A stretch of 62,251 bases of DNA, counting the filler, from Sluysia triapertura (lineage: Eukaryota), in the NCBI GenBank assembly GCA_046118255.1. It is 4 parts of 4 records of this genome, joined end to end, with 100 filler letters (N's around TTAATTAATTAA, not from the genome) between each part and the next. Parts side by side here need not be neighbours in the genome. Positions count along the whole stretch, not along the records: positions 1 to 15,798 come from JBJNIA010218696.1; 3 more parts are not named here. One strand, given 5' to 3'. The stretch's first letter is position 1, and the number at the start of each line of letters is the position of its first letter. Position numbers and translations under genes: made by a program. Below are positions 1 to 12,629 of this stretch, in pieces. Below the pieces are notes generated by a model. It was not told the DNA's origin. It ran no database searches and was given only the letters and a program-made list of their open reading frames with translations.

Positions 1-554
1 TTCATTACCTTATCTTGATTCGAGTATCTCATATCATTATATCATATCGACTATATCATTACAATTCATCATAATCCACTATCTCAATTCCTCAATATCA
101 TTTACCTTATCTGTTATCCTGAACCTTGAACCTTTATATCTACCTTTGCCTTTCACTAATCCCAACATCTTGAACAATGATTTTATTTCTCAATCATTTT
201 AAAGATTTTACACACTTCATAAGGTTACTAAAAGATTTCAAATGCTTATCAATATTTCAAGAATACTTACAGGCTGCTAAGGTCTTAAATGATCCAAAGT
301 CTCTAAAGTTCAAAGGTGCTTTAATGCTTTCAAAGGCTTTTCAAGTCCATCTCAAGCTTTCACAAGATCTCAAACCATTATATAGATCTCCAAGGTATTC
401 TTTAACTGTTAACATTATTATAGATGTTTTTACTCTCATTATTCTTATTCCAATAATGTTTACCATATTCAATCCATCACTTTGTATCAGTTTTTCCTTT
501 ATTTTTCCTTTATGTTTTCATTCATCTCCAGATCCAACAATATTTTTAAAATAA
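1..554. repeat. Degenerate dispersed repeat, probably coding-derived; related copies at ~2940-3200 and ~36580-36650
   Basis: ~190-430 aligns by eye with ~2940-3180 (e.g. tttaactgttaacattattatagatgtttt vs caactgtcaacattactatagatgtttt). ~105-167 aligns with ~36585-36647. Confidence 0.5.
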
Positions 555-2045
555 TTTTTGAAATTTATTTCGATTTTTAATATTTATTAATTTAATTTGT
601 ATAATAAAAATAATGTTTAAAAATTGTTAATAATAAAATAATAAATAAAATAGTATCAGTGTGAATAAATATAATAAATAAAATTAACAAAATATTGTTA
701 AAATAAATAATGTAATTTTGAACACAAAATAAATCAACAATCAATGTTTGAAAATATCAGCTAGCGATCCTGGCGATCCAACAATGTTTTTTAATTTTTT
801 TAAAGAATTCAAAGGGTTGTGATGACAAACTAACAAATTAAATTGTATTTCAAATCAATGAAACAAAATAACTAGAAAATTAATAATACATGGAACATGG
901 ATTTTCTTTGGACATATTTGCTATTGCCGTATTCAACTTGTAAAATTGCATATTCTCGTAAAACAAAGTGTGCAAATATTAATGTCTTACAAAATTTTTA
1001 CTTTCTCATTATCTAATCATTGCATTACAACATTCTCTTATACAAATCAATAGAACCTCATTTGAGTATTACACCCGACAATAGCAGCTTTGACAATTAC
1101 ATAAGACGGCCTGTCAAACTTTGAGTAATGATCATCATTATTTTCTTTTACTCTACGCGATATATCTTTACTTAAACTATTAGATTTGTTGTCATACATA
1201 AGAATAATGATTTAACTTTATTTTTTAGAATCAATCTTGTCTCTTAAAATTAATCTATTTTCAGTTTAATCGATTTTATAATTAATCTATTAATCTATTA
1301 ACCTAATTTTCTAATGAGAAATGTTTAAGGTTCTCATTCTTAAACAGATCATTATACAAATTATTCAAACGCACTTCTAGATTCCATTCTTTCATAGTAA
1401 TCATCTCATATTGAATTAATGATCTTTTCATCATTCTAAATACGAAAAATCTAACAGTGTAAAATTAAGAATTCATTAAAATTTGACTTTGTTCATTAGT
1501 AAGACTTTCCTTGCATGAATTCGGTTAAACCATACCTTGGTCAAAACACAGTTATAACTTTGATTTAGAATTCCGCATTCAAACGTTATTCACTTAAATA
1601 TTCTATATGCTTTCATTCTCACATCTCTTATCTATATCAACCATCAATGTGCTGGGAGTTTTCTTAATAAAAGAGCCTAACTTACAGCAAAATAATTTAT
1701 TATTCTGAGTCCGTTTACAGTACACGACTTACTAATGGCGTACCTGTAAAATTACGTGAAAACAATTATTAAGATTAATCGTACAAAAGATACTCTTTGC
1801 CTTAACTTAACAATAATGGGCAAAATCGTCGTTTATGTCAACTGATACTAAATAGCTTATGTAATATTTGAGTTAATGTAAAAATCAAGTTAATAATATT
1901 TGTATAGAAATGTGTTTCTTTTTATATCTTCAAATCTTAATATAATGACCGTTAGATTTTTTGCTTTTTATCAAAATTTAATAAAATTATCCTTCAATCA
2001 ACGTATTTTCGACTTAAAATATATTTAATTATAAATTGATCGTAG

Positions 2046-2897
2046 TGTAAGGTAACTACAAACTTGATTTAAGTTACGACGTTAGTACTAGAACAATTAT
2101 GAGAAAAAGGAACTCGAAAGTCTTTTAATATTTTTATTACACAAAAATAAGATTAAAATAAAATTACTATAAATTTATAATTTATATAACACCAAAAATT
2201 ATAAATAATAAAATTATAATAAAGATAAAAGTTGAGTTATAGTAAAGCTCTAACCGTTAGACTCTACCTTGTAATAATTATTTTATAATTGACCTTCAGG
2301 GCCAACTAAAGTGTCGTGAATTTATATTTTAGATTGATTTTATGATTGGCCTTAAGGACCAATCGTGAAAATTAGTATTTTACTTGTATATTTTAACTCA
2401 ATGTGAGTTTGCAAGCTATGTAGAACAAACTTACGAATTAATTAATAATGAATGTTTGTGTTCTCTGATTGTCCTTCCTTGGAAAATCGTTCCCTCTAAT
2501 CGTTGACTGAATGATGAATTTGAAAATCGCTGGAGCCCTCAAAAAGAATTTGATGCTAGGACTTTAAATTGTTAGTTTTACTGATGATGACTGAATTGAA
2601 TTGTATCTGACTCAAACCCAAATAAGGATGGTTATTCAAAATGGCAGGTATTGTTTCTTTTTGTATGATTTGTGAATGTTTCTTATTTTTGTATGTTCTT
2701 TAAAGACATCTTTTAATATTTAATTTAAATATACAAATTTCTTTCGAGAAATTTCTTTTAAGTTATTTTTTAATTTATAATAATAATTTTAATTTTAATA
2801 TAATAAAAATAAGAATTTTTAAATAATAATAATTTAATAATTTTTTACAAAAAAATATAAAAATTAAAAATATAAAAATTTTTTGTAAACCTTTACA
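2046..2897 (+). mobile_element. LTR-like dispersed repeat (~850 bp); inverted copy at 59743-60585
   Basis: 2290-2450 matches the reverse complement of ~60180-60360. Both copies end ...aaacctttaca. No clean TSD found, and the left boundary is approximate. Confidence 0.5.
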
Positions 2898-3596
2898 AAT
2901 ATATAAAATCCAACTTATTATTAGTAACAATAACTCCACTTCTCAAATATCTTAAAGACCTCAAATATTTTATTAAATTGCTGAAAGGTTTCAACTGCTT
3001 ATTAAGGTTTCAAAATTACTTAACGATCAATACGACTTCAAGTAATCTGAAGGTTCACAAGTAATGCTTCTAGACGTCATCCAAACCTATTTAGAGCCTC
3101 CATAAGGTCTCAAGATCTTATAAAGGTCTTTGGAGCTCCAATGTATTATTCAACTGTCAACATTACTATAGATGTTTTATATCTATCACCTTGTATCAAT
3201 TCCTCCTACATTTTGTAATTCCAGATGTTTCTAACTCGTTCCTTGTTCAACGGTTGGACAATCCCATCATATTTACAAATTATTTATGATAAGTTTGATT
3301 AGTATTGAATAAGTACAACCTTCCAACTTCATATTCATTATGTGCCGTAAATACAAATTCGTTTATGCTCTTCGTTAGAATATGTAGATTCATTAGCATT
3401 ACTTCGTACCAAAAATAGGAACTAAATATTAATTTCAAAAGATCCATTGTATTAAGTGTTTCAATAATATATTTAATATCATTCTTTTATTTATTATTTT
3501 AGATTTGGATGTATCATAAAACATTGAATAATAAAATTTTGTGAAAATTATTGATTTAATGAATGGTTGTTTAAATAATACATACTTTTTTGTAAC

Positions 3597-3845
3597 ATGA
3601 GCAATTTCCATGATGAAGTTGAAATAGAAGACATGGAATACGATAAAGAGGCAGAAATGCTTTTTTATCCTTGTCCGTGTGGAGATTTGTTTCAGATATC
3701 TATGGAAGATCTTCGAAATGGTCAAGATGTGGCTGAATGCCCAAGTTGTTCTTTAATTATACGTGTGATTTTTGAGGAAGATGATCTTGATAAAATTATA
3801 TCAAATGAATCCAAAATTAAGCCAAGAGTTTGGTTACGTTATTAA
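3597..3845 (+). CDS. DPH3: Diphthamide biosynthesis protein 3 (DPH3/KTI11, CSL zinc finger), single exon
   Basis: 82-aa ORF with HDEVEIEDM...[12 protein letters not shown]...[14 protein letters not shown], the CSL zinc-finger signature. Confidence 0.95.
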   Translation: MSNFHDEVEIEDMEYDKEAEMLFYPCPCGDLFQISMEDLRNGQDVAECPSCSLIIRVIFEEDDLDKIISNESKIKPRVWLRY

Positions 3846-5360
3846 CATTAAATAAATTTTAAATTATTTGGTTTTTATTAATATTTTTGTAATATAATAT
3901 GATTTTAATTTAATGATTAATATTTAGGCTGAATTGAATTTGTTTTTTAATGTCTAACTAGAAATATTCAGAAATGTTGTGCTTTATTTAATTTCTTGTA
4001 TTTACTTTGAATGTGTAATTCTTATTAGATGTATTAATTGGTTAACAAGTTAATAGTTCTTGTTCTTGCAGTAATTTACTACCACATAAGAGAAGTGGAA
4101 TTTTGATTTAAGACCATACTGCCCCATCTAAAATTTAAATAATTCTTGGTTACAAATTGTCAACATTAATAAAATCTATTAATTTTATAATATAATATAT
4201 TTTTAAAATTTGTATTTTCGTTGTCATTGTATTTTAAATTTGGTGTTATTGGTGATAAAAAGTATTAGATTCAGTGAATTTTTATTGATAAATTGGAGTT
4301 GTAAAGATTTTGTAATGAAAACTTTTCGGAATGAAGCCAATTCTAGTTGAATTGTAGTGGCTTTTTAATTTAAAATTCATCAACTAAATTAAGATCAGAA
4401 TTCTTTACTAAGTAATATGAAAAATCTAAAGGGAATCTAAATTATGTCTGATATTGAGTGAAGCTTTGAAGTGTTACCTAATTTAAAAAAATTAGAAAAA
4501 ATTTATCATTGGCTCTCTGATCTTTGTTTATGTGGTCAAGATGGTATAATATCCGTATTAATCTTAAAATATTGGTGAAAATCGTAAAAATAATACAATT
4601 TGTAGTAATCTAATTCCTTATTTTTAAGAAAGCTACATGCAAAGAATAATTTTTAACTAATTGATAATTGTAGAATAACAAAATCGTTTAAAATTAAAAC
4701 AAAATAGAACGGTTCATTAGTAAAAAAATATTGTATTTAGAATTTGAATATGTTGTAGTTGAAGTTTTGAATTACTTGCAGTGTGAATCTCCCATGGAAA
4801 TTACAAATTGTAGAATAAAAAAATTTATATACTTAAAAATTTATAAGTCAAGAATTTGTCTTAGAAATAATGTTTCTAGTTTGCCACATTTTAAATATAC
4901 TGAATAAGAATGTTTATTGTTTTATCTAGCCAAACAATTTGATTGAATATTCAGTCTTAAGCCTTATATATTGTAACGATGTATCCAATAAAATATGTTT
5001 AATATGTTGGAAATTATTGATGAATAACTGTTTAAGTTAAATAATGGTATCTTAATAATTGTATCTTAACTTAAAACTTATAAACTAAAGTTTTGTAAAT
5101 CGATTTAATTACATTTAATTACTTCAGATATAAACGGAGTCTTGTGTTTCATTAAATTTGTGATTATTAACAAAGCGTGGGTATATTTTATGCTCATTGC
5201 TTTGCAATTTATAGTGAGTAATATGTTACGCAAAATGTTGTATATAAATCTTTTCTTTAATGTGTATGATATTTTTTGTAATTAATATATATAGTAGGTC
5301 AAAACCAAAACTCGAAATGGTGAATTATTAATTCTATTAAAAAGTTATAAATGTATGAAT

Positions 5361-5960
5361 CAGGCATGCGCAAACTTTTTAAGTTGTGCCCCATTTTAAT
5401 ATATTAATTATTTGTCGCTCCCAATTTAATAAAAAATCATAACGCCACTAAAAAACTGACTAAATAAAATAAACACCATTTTAATAACAATGTATTTTTA
5501 TGTTTCTTATAAATTAAATATTATGAAAACAACAGCTCTAATTTTCTGGCTAAAATAAAAAAATTAAAATTAAATGTCTGTTAATAGTTCGCTACTGTGA
5601 AATAATATTTTTTCAACACGTCGCTGTTATTTAATAGTTGCTATTTCGCGATTGTGATAAGTCTGCTAACGCTATTTTTAATTAACAGCTAAAAATAGCA
5701 AATACCAAATATCATAACATCTCTAGTGCACATGTATAATTGCTTTATGAATTTGTAAGTATATTTGCTTTGAAATTTTATTCTTGATGATTGTTCTACA
5801 TCAAGATCGTAAATTATGGAATTAGATGATGGAATTACTTGAATTGGTAAAAAACAAAAAATATTCAAATAAAAAATAAAACTGTTTGTAAAGTCTAACA
5901 ATTTTAAAATTTTTAGCGCCATCATCCGGAGGCTCATTCCTTTCGCTTAACCCATCCCTG
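5361..5960. mobile_element. Probable non-autonomous hAT-type element (MITE-like)
   Basis: Termini CAGGCATGCGCAAAC and (reverse complement) CAGGGATGGGTTAAG match 10/15. The 8-bp flanks gtatgaat and gtgtcaac match 5/8. Confidence 0.45.
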
Positions 5961-7070
5961 GTGTCAACTTAGACTTTCTTCTGGGTCGTCTACAAGTCTC
6001 CTTCTGATTGTTCTGGCATTAACGTGAATTCCGCAAGTCTCTAACTGATTCTGCAAAGTCATACTGGTAGAAAGTTTTACAAAATATCTATCATTTCTCA
6101 TTGATTTAGAACAAAGCTATATTAAATATCACATTTTGTATTTTATACATAATATTTCGTAAAATGTACATTCAAAATAAGCAGATATTAAGAAAACCAA
6201 AGAAAAACATATTTTTCCTGTTTTAGTCTAATAATTTGACCTCTAAAAGGAGTCTATTAAATAAACATAGCGAATTGGTTCCATTTGATTGATAAATAAT
6301 AATAAATAAGTTAAACGTATATTCACAACTTGTCATATATCAAACATATAAATGCGCTATTTTTATAGCTTTATAAAAAGTGAAATGCAAAATATTATTG
6401 TATGACTAATTGTTTCTAAAATTAATTTTAAAAATAACGAGTCATTATTGTTATAAATCAAATAAATCAATAATTGTTTAGAAAGTAATTTAATGTAAGT
6501 TATTAAAACAAAGTTACCATTACCAACGCGATAAAATAAAATATACAAACTGATCCATTATCAAAGTATTAAAGGTGATAATTAAAAACGAAAATATCTT
6601 TTTCAATGCTGTGGTTTTTCGTAAATCTAAACCTACGGCAAAATAAAAATTGAGCAAGGTCCGGCGTTCCTGTAATCTTAATCCTGTAATTTAATAATTT
6701 TACTATATTTAATCGAAAAATAAGTTTAATACGTCTTTAACTTAGTAATTACTAAGAATATCTTACAAATGAATATTTTAATCAATCTCAATTTATATAT
6801 ATTACACTTTTATTAACAACAGCAAATATTACAAAACGTTAAAAATGTAAAACATCTACTAAAATAAGATATTAAGAAACAAGTAATATTTAAAATTAAA
6901 ATTCAATTGAATATTTAATTTTTTAATTAAATTTAGTTTACAATGTTACAACATTTCTTTTCCAAAAAATTAATTTAATTTAAATTTATGATTTTTATTT
7001 CCTCTAGGAAGATAAAAACACCTTGAATAAAATAATTTATCATGCTCATGGAAATGGTAGAATAATGTTT

Positions 7071-7800
7071 TGTGGTGGCCAACCTTTTTATTCAAAATTT
7101 AAATTTTTATCACACATACTTAATACCACTTTTCTTAACATTCCACATTTCACTTTTTCAGATTCATTAAAATCCGTTTAAATTTTAAAACATTTCAAGT
7201 TCACAATTTTTCAACATTCAGTCATTGACATCATTAGAAAAACATTAAATCCATAATTCAAAATTATTTTAAAACATCAGTATAATCAAAGTGGAATTTC
7301 TTTAACATCTTTAACTACCTTGTTACCTTATTATTACTATTTCAGTAGTGCAGTAAGACAATAAGAAAAATAATTATTTTATTTTACATTTTAAGAAGAA
7401 ATATGTTTCAAGAAAAGAAAATAAAAGAACTTATGTGTTTGATTAATTTTTCTTATTATTATATTATTTTTATTATCATTATCATTTTTTTCTTATTTAT
7501 TTCACATTATTATTATTATGTACTTTAATTCTATTATTATTATTTATTTATTATTATTAATTTTTATTAGTTTTATCATTATTATGATCATTATTTCGGC
7601 TGTCAGTTTGGACAGTTATTTAAAATTTCATTACATTTAACGTCAACATATCGTCACGTAAATGTTTATTTGTCATTGGTTATATGTATGTATGTATTAG
7701 TAACAATTGAGTGGTGTGACATGAATTTTATTGGCCTTCCAGTCCTATTTCAGGAGACTATTAGTTAAAAATAGTAGCAAAAGTAAAGATAGAGTAATCA
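7071..7800 (+). mobile_element. 5' module of gene-capture cassette, unit A
   Basis: Starts TGTGGTGGCCAACC at 7071, then an A/C-rich tract, ATT microsatellite (~7450-7590) and degenerate inverted-repeat region, then a cargo pseudogene from 7835. Confidence 0.6.
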
Positions 7801-7834
7801 TAAAAAGCATTAACAAAAAATTTAAATTAGATTC

Positions 7835-8640
7835 ATGAACATTTTATCCAATCAAATTACAAAAGTATTGTTATCTTCAATGTCGTACAAAAGATTTAAA
7901 GTTCCTATCAGTTTTGATGACGATTGTGACAATTATAATCACATTCAAAAATACATTATGAGCATAATGTTTATCATCAGGCTTGTATTCTAATGTGTAT
8001 AATGAGCTAACAAGTAATACAAAATGGATAAAGGATGCAAATCTACATGCTAACATCATTAGTAACAAGATGAAATCATGTTATCTTATCCCAACTTCAA
8101 AAGATAATGAAGTATCAACTTCAATTATGTTACAAAAAGTGTTTAGAAATCCCGACAAAATATAGATTTCATTTTGTTAAATAAGTACATCTTGATGATC
8201 AAATATGAACAATATAAACCATTGCAACCGGTGTTCCCAGGTTATCCTGATTCTAGCAATACTGATGATGTCGTTCTAAACCGCCAATTCATTTCGAACA
8301 TTATCTCAACAGATCATGTTTCTACTCTACCACTTAGTAACAATAAAGCTATATCAATTCCTCTTAAATATTCGGTATCATTTAGCCTTAATAATGCCAA
8401 TAATGCAAAACTCAATACTATACAAGATGATGACCATTCATTATTCTACAAATCAGCATTGTGTCCTTACGAAGTTTCAAGTTCTGGTCTATGCATCACA
8501 AACGGAAAAGACTATCATTACGCGCATACAATTCTGGTAGTCAATACAATTAGTCCTTATCGTTTACCAATTGAAGAAGCTGAATCAAACTCAATAACCG
8601 AACATTGTTCTAAGGATACAGAAAAATTTTCCAAAGTAAA
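7835..8640 (+). pseudogene. Frameshifted intronless pseudogene with a CCCH zinc-finger remnant (cargo of unit A)
   Basis: Broken ORFs from ATG 7835 (7983-8165, 8174-). YKSALCPYEVSSSGLCITNGKDYHYAH is C-x9-C-x6-(C>Y)-x3-H at ~8447-8530. Confidence 0.6.
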
Positions 8641-8659
8641 TTTATGTTTAATTCATGAG

Positions 8660-9118
8660 TTATCTATGTTTATTTACCATCATTTTTATTTATTTATTTT
8701 TCTAGTGATAATTGAAAACATGGCTATAGTATGTTCAGGAAATTACGAACAAAATTTTCATATAACTGTTACTAATTACAAAATTAATAAATTTTATAAC
8801 TCTCATGAATTAGTTGAAATAATAATTTTAATGATCTAAAAGACAAATATACTATAAATTATAGGCTTCAATTTATAATATCCCAATAACTCAGTGAATT
8901 GATCGCAAATTATTTTGCCACAGATATCAAAATTGTCCGAAAAGTGTAAAAATGACGAATTAGTCATCGACCAATAGAAATCGACAGAATGTTCTTTTCT
9001 ATTTTTAATAAGGAATTTTCTTTTTTAGAAATTAAGTTATTTTATTGAAAAGCGAGGTTAATTTAGTGGTGTAAATTGTTTTTGAATCTTTAATAGGGTT
9101 GTGATGACAACCTAACAT
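8660..9118 (+). mobile_element. Decayed solo-LTR-like repeat, same family as 53036-53781 and 54151-54734
   Basis: Shares tagtcatcgaccaatagaaatcga... and the terminus gggttgtgatgacaacctaaca with those copies. Another terminus lies at ~814-835. The 5' boundary is approximate. Confidence 0.5.
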
Positions 9119-9494
9119 TACAAGTATTCACTTCTCATTCTAGTTTCTTTTGATAAAATAAAATTCTCAAATTCGCTTTTTACTTAATTTTCGGTCATGA
9201 TTCGATAACAATAAAAACAATAATAATAATAATAGTAATAATAATAATAATATTTTAAATAAAAACCTTACATAATTCATGTCAATCAGTATAAAAATAA
9301 AAATAAAAATAATAAAATAGTAATAGCAACAGTAACGTCATGCCATCTACTTATCCATGGGTCTCTAAATTAATAAATTAATTAAAATAAATAAACAAAT
9401 AATTTGATTTTTCATCAAAAAGCATTCAAAATAATTCAAAAGCGTCGTCAGATATTATTAATTTATATAACTTGATAATTACTTCTTCTTCTCA

Positions 9495-9758
9495 TGTTGG
9501 AATAATGGCTTAAAGTGTCATTTAGAAATACGATAGTAATATTGACTATAATAAAATAAAATTGTTAGATGGGGATGATAGTTCAGTGGAGACTAACTGC
9601 GGAATCCTCGAATAACGTATACAGCAATGTTCCTGAAAGAAGAAATAAAATTGTTCCTAAATATAAGGAGACCTTCATTCTCTAAAAATAGAAGAGATAT
9701 GTTTTTTATTATCATCGAACTACGCAGCGAGAGGATCTGGGTTCGCTGAAGTCTAACA
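9495..9758 (+). mobile_element. Solo LTR of the tRNA-containing TRIM, with an internal insertion
   Basis: TGTTGG...ggcttaaagtgtcattt...ggggatgatagttcagtgg...gaagtctaaca, flanked by a perfect 4-bp TSD CTCA (9491-9494 and 9759-9762). Confidence 0.8.
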
Positions 9759-11329
9759 CTCATAATAATTTAAATTATCACATTTTTCTACTGCAAGCAA
9801 CTAAATATCATTGAAATATTATATTTGAAATATTTTATTTGTAATAAACATTTATTAGTTTTAATATTTCTTTATTGTGTGAAGAACAATTAAAATAGCA
9901 ATAAATAAAAACAACGGTACTCCTTAAAAAAGCGTAAACATTTGAAAATGAGAATGAAATACTTCAAACTCGGAATAAAAAATAATAAAAGTAACTGAAA
10001 AACAGAACAGAATTACCATAGAAATGAATGAAAGTCAATATTATATAAAAGAAAGTGGTGGTACAATTACAAAATTACACAGAATATGATCGTAATTGTA
10101 GAATAAAATTCGATGTACATAATAAAATCACAATAATAACGGACAAAAACAAAAACAGAAAATAATTCGGTAGAAAATACTACTTACTTTTAATAATAAT
10201 AGAAAATAAATGATGATACATCAATTGCCATCTCGGTAAAATAGATTTTGCATTATTTTCACCGAATTTTAAATATCTAAATATAAATAAACACTATCTT
10301 AAATGTCTTTGATTATTCACGATTGTCTTTAGTAAACTTCACTACTTGATTTCCATCACAACTTCATGTATAACAACTCCATAGATAACAGAAGTTGGCA
10401 TTTATTCTAGCTTTTCATAACATCTTCGAGTCCTTGTTAAAGTGAATATCGACAGACTTGAGTTAGAGACTTCAAATTATACAAATAAACTATTTTATAT
10501 TAGTCAATAAATAAAGGTCTTCTTTATTCTAACATTGTAACTGCGTCTCACTTTATATATCAGTTAGTCTTTACAATTCTTAGCTCGATAATAAATTGAA
10601 CCTCTGAAACACACTAAAGCAAATATCGATGACATCCGACGCAACTATATAAATAAAGAAATCGCATATCAATTTGAAATTTAGACATTGTAAATTTTGT
10701 AATTCTCCGATTTATCGAATATGAAATAATTATAAAATTTTCATATTCGGACTAATTCAGATTTCCACTTAATTCCAATAATATTTCCTGATTCACTCAT
10801 TCAATATTTGCCTTCTTTTATATCTTTGGTCAATAAATTCTTCGATTTTATTCTATAATAATTTTTCTACAATCATCATTTAAAATACAAGTTTTATCGT
10901 GATAATATGACATATAATTTATTTATTATATTATTTATATGTTTAGTGCTGATTGTATTCGATTTTTCATTCCCATTTTTATAACATTTTATATTTTACG
11001 TTCTTCCACTTCTTCTGTGTACTCTCCAACTTTCTCTATTTGCTAATTAAGTTTCCTGGTTACACTCTGTGTGTTTCTTACGATTTAATTCTATAAACTT
11101 CTTCAGTTAAGTACATTTTCAAATGGTTCTTTATTTATTTCCGAACTCTTCAATTGTTTTTATTACAGCTACTACGATATTTTATATTTATTTTAAATTA
11201 TAAATTTATTTTCGCACAAATTCTTAAAAAAGATTACAAATTAGAGAAATTGTCATTGGTACTTTCCTAAATAATACTTCATGGGTAATTAAATATATTC
11301 CAGCACAACACTGGCACCATCACTTTCAT

Positions 11330-11459
11330 NNNNNNNNNNNNNNNNNNNNNNNNNNNNNNNNNNNNNNNNNNNNNNNNNNNNNNNNNNNNNNNNNNNNNNN
11401 NNNNNNNNNNNNNNNNNNNNNNNNNNNNNNNNNNNNNNNNNNNNNNNNNNNNNNNNNNN
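11330..11459. other. Assembly gap
   Basis: Run of N. Confidence 0.99.
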
Positions 11460-12629
11460 ACATGTACATATGAATTATTTTCTTTCTAAATATTAATCTT
11501 TTCTATCGTTTTCACAATTCTTCGAAAAGAAAAAAGTAATTATTAATTGCATGAATAAGTTTACATTTCATTTCTCTTATGACTATTCTCTGATTCCTTT
11601 CAGTCTATCTCTGTTTTAAACTTGATGTTCCTAGGGCCAATTATCTATTTCGAATTTAAGTTAATTTTGATTTCTATCAGTTAGCTCGACATTTTCGGGA
11701 TATAATTCTATTAAATCATTTTTGGGATTTGTAATGCATTTCTGTACGTTAATTTAAATCCTATAATTTGTTTTTCACTTTGAATTTAAAATTATCTGAA
11801 TATTTAATATTTCTCTTTTTAACACTTCAAAATCAACATTACAAGCTGCCTCATTCAAAAATACTTCGAATATTTCTTTTACAAATCTTTTCATTCGCTT
11901 TCTAAACTACGATTTCTACTTTCTTCAACACAAAGCTAGTTATGTTGAAGAATTCAGTGTAACCAAAAAATAAGATATTGAATTACAACTTCCATGTGAT
12001 TTGTAGAATCATGTAACTTTTACTTGATAACATGTTACTTTGATATTTTGGTTATTTTAAGGTTTGATGATTTTATATGTTGAACTGTTTAAATATTTAC
12101 ATATTTGATTTGCAACTTAAGCTGTTATAAGTGTGATGTTTTCGTTAGCTTTAGTGGAATATAATTTTATATGAAAATCAATAAAAATCAATAAAATTTA
12201 AATTCACGAAATTGTATAGTGATCTTTATTATCATTTCTATCAATAATACTGCCAGAATAAAAATTATCTTTAGAAAACTAAGATAAAAGTTAAACACAT
12301 TGATTATTAATTCATAATTATTATGTAAAAAGTGAAAATAAAGATAAAGCATTAAAGTATCAAAATCTTCTCACAATTTTTGGGTATTAGCATCACATGT
12401 TTAAAGAGAATCGCATTTTCAATTATTGCTATAGGATATTTCTTCTAAATATAATCTAGATTCAATATATATCAATTTCTTTTAATATTTAACAAAAAAT
12501 TATTAATTTACTAAAATAAATTAATAATTTTCTATTATAACATTTGCATAAAAAGGTATTTGACAAATTTAATATTTATTTTATTTCATTTTTGACATAA
12601 AAAAATATTTTGCCAAACATTTTCAAATT

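Noticed and set aside
139-547. Minus-strand frame of ~135 codons interrupted only by four TGA codons (possible TGA recoding)
   Set aside because: The paralogue at ~2940-3200 has TAA stops and frameshifts, and the intact genes use TGG for Trp. Ordinary decay explains it.
3435-3725. Minus-strand 96-aa ORF
   Set aside because: Antisense shadow of DPH3.
3900-5200. Possible decayed LRR-like gene on the minus strand
   Set aside because: Only vague Leu periodicity with many stops. Not supportable without an alignment.
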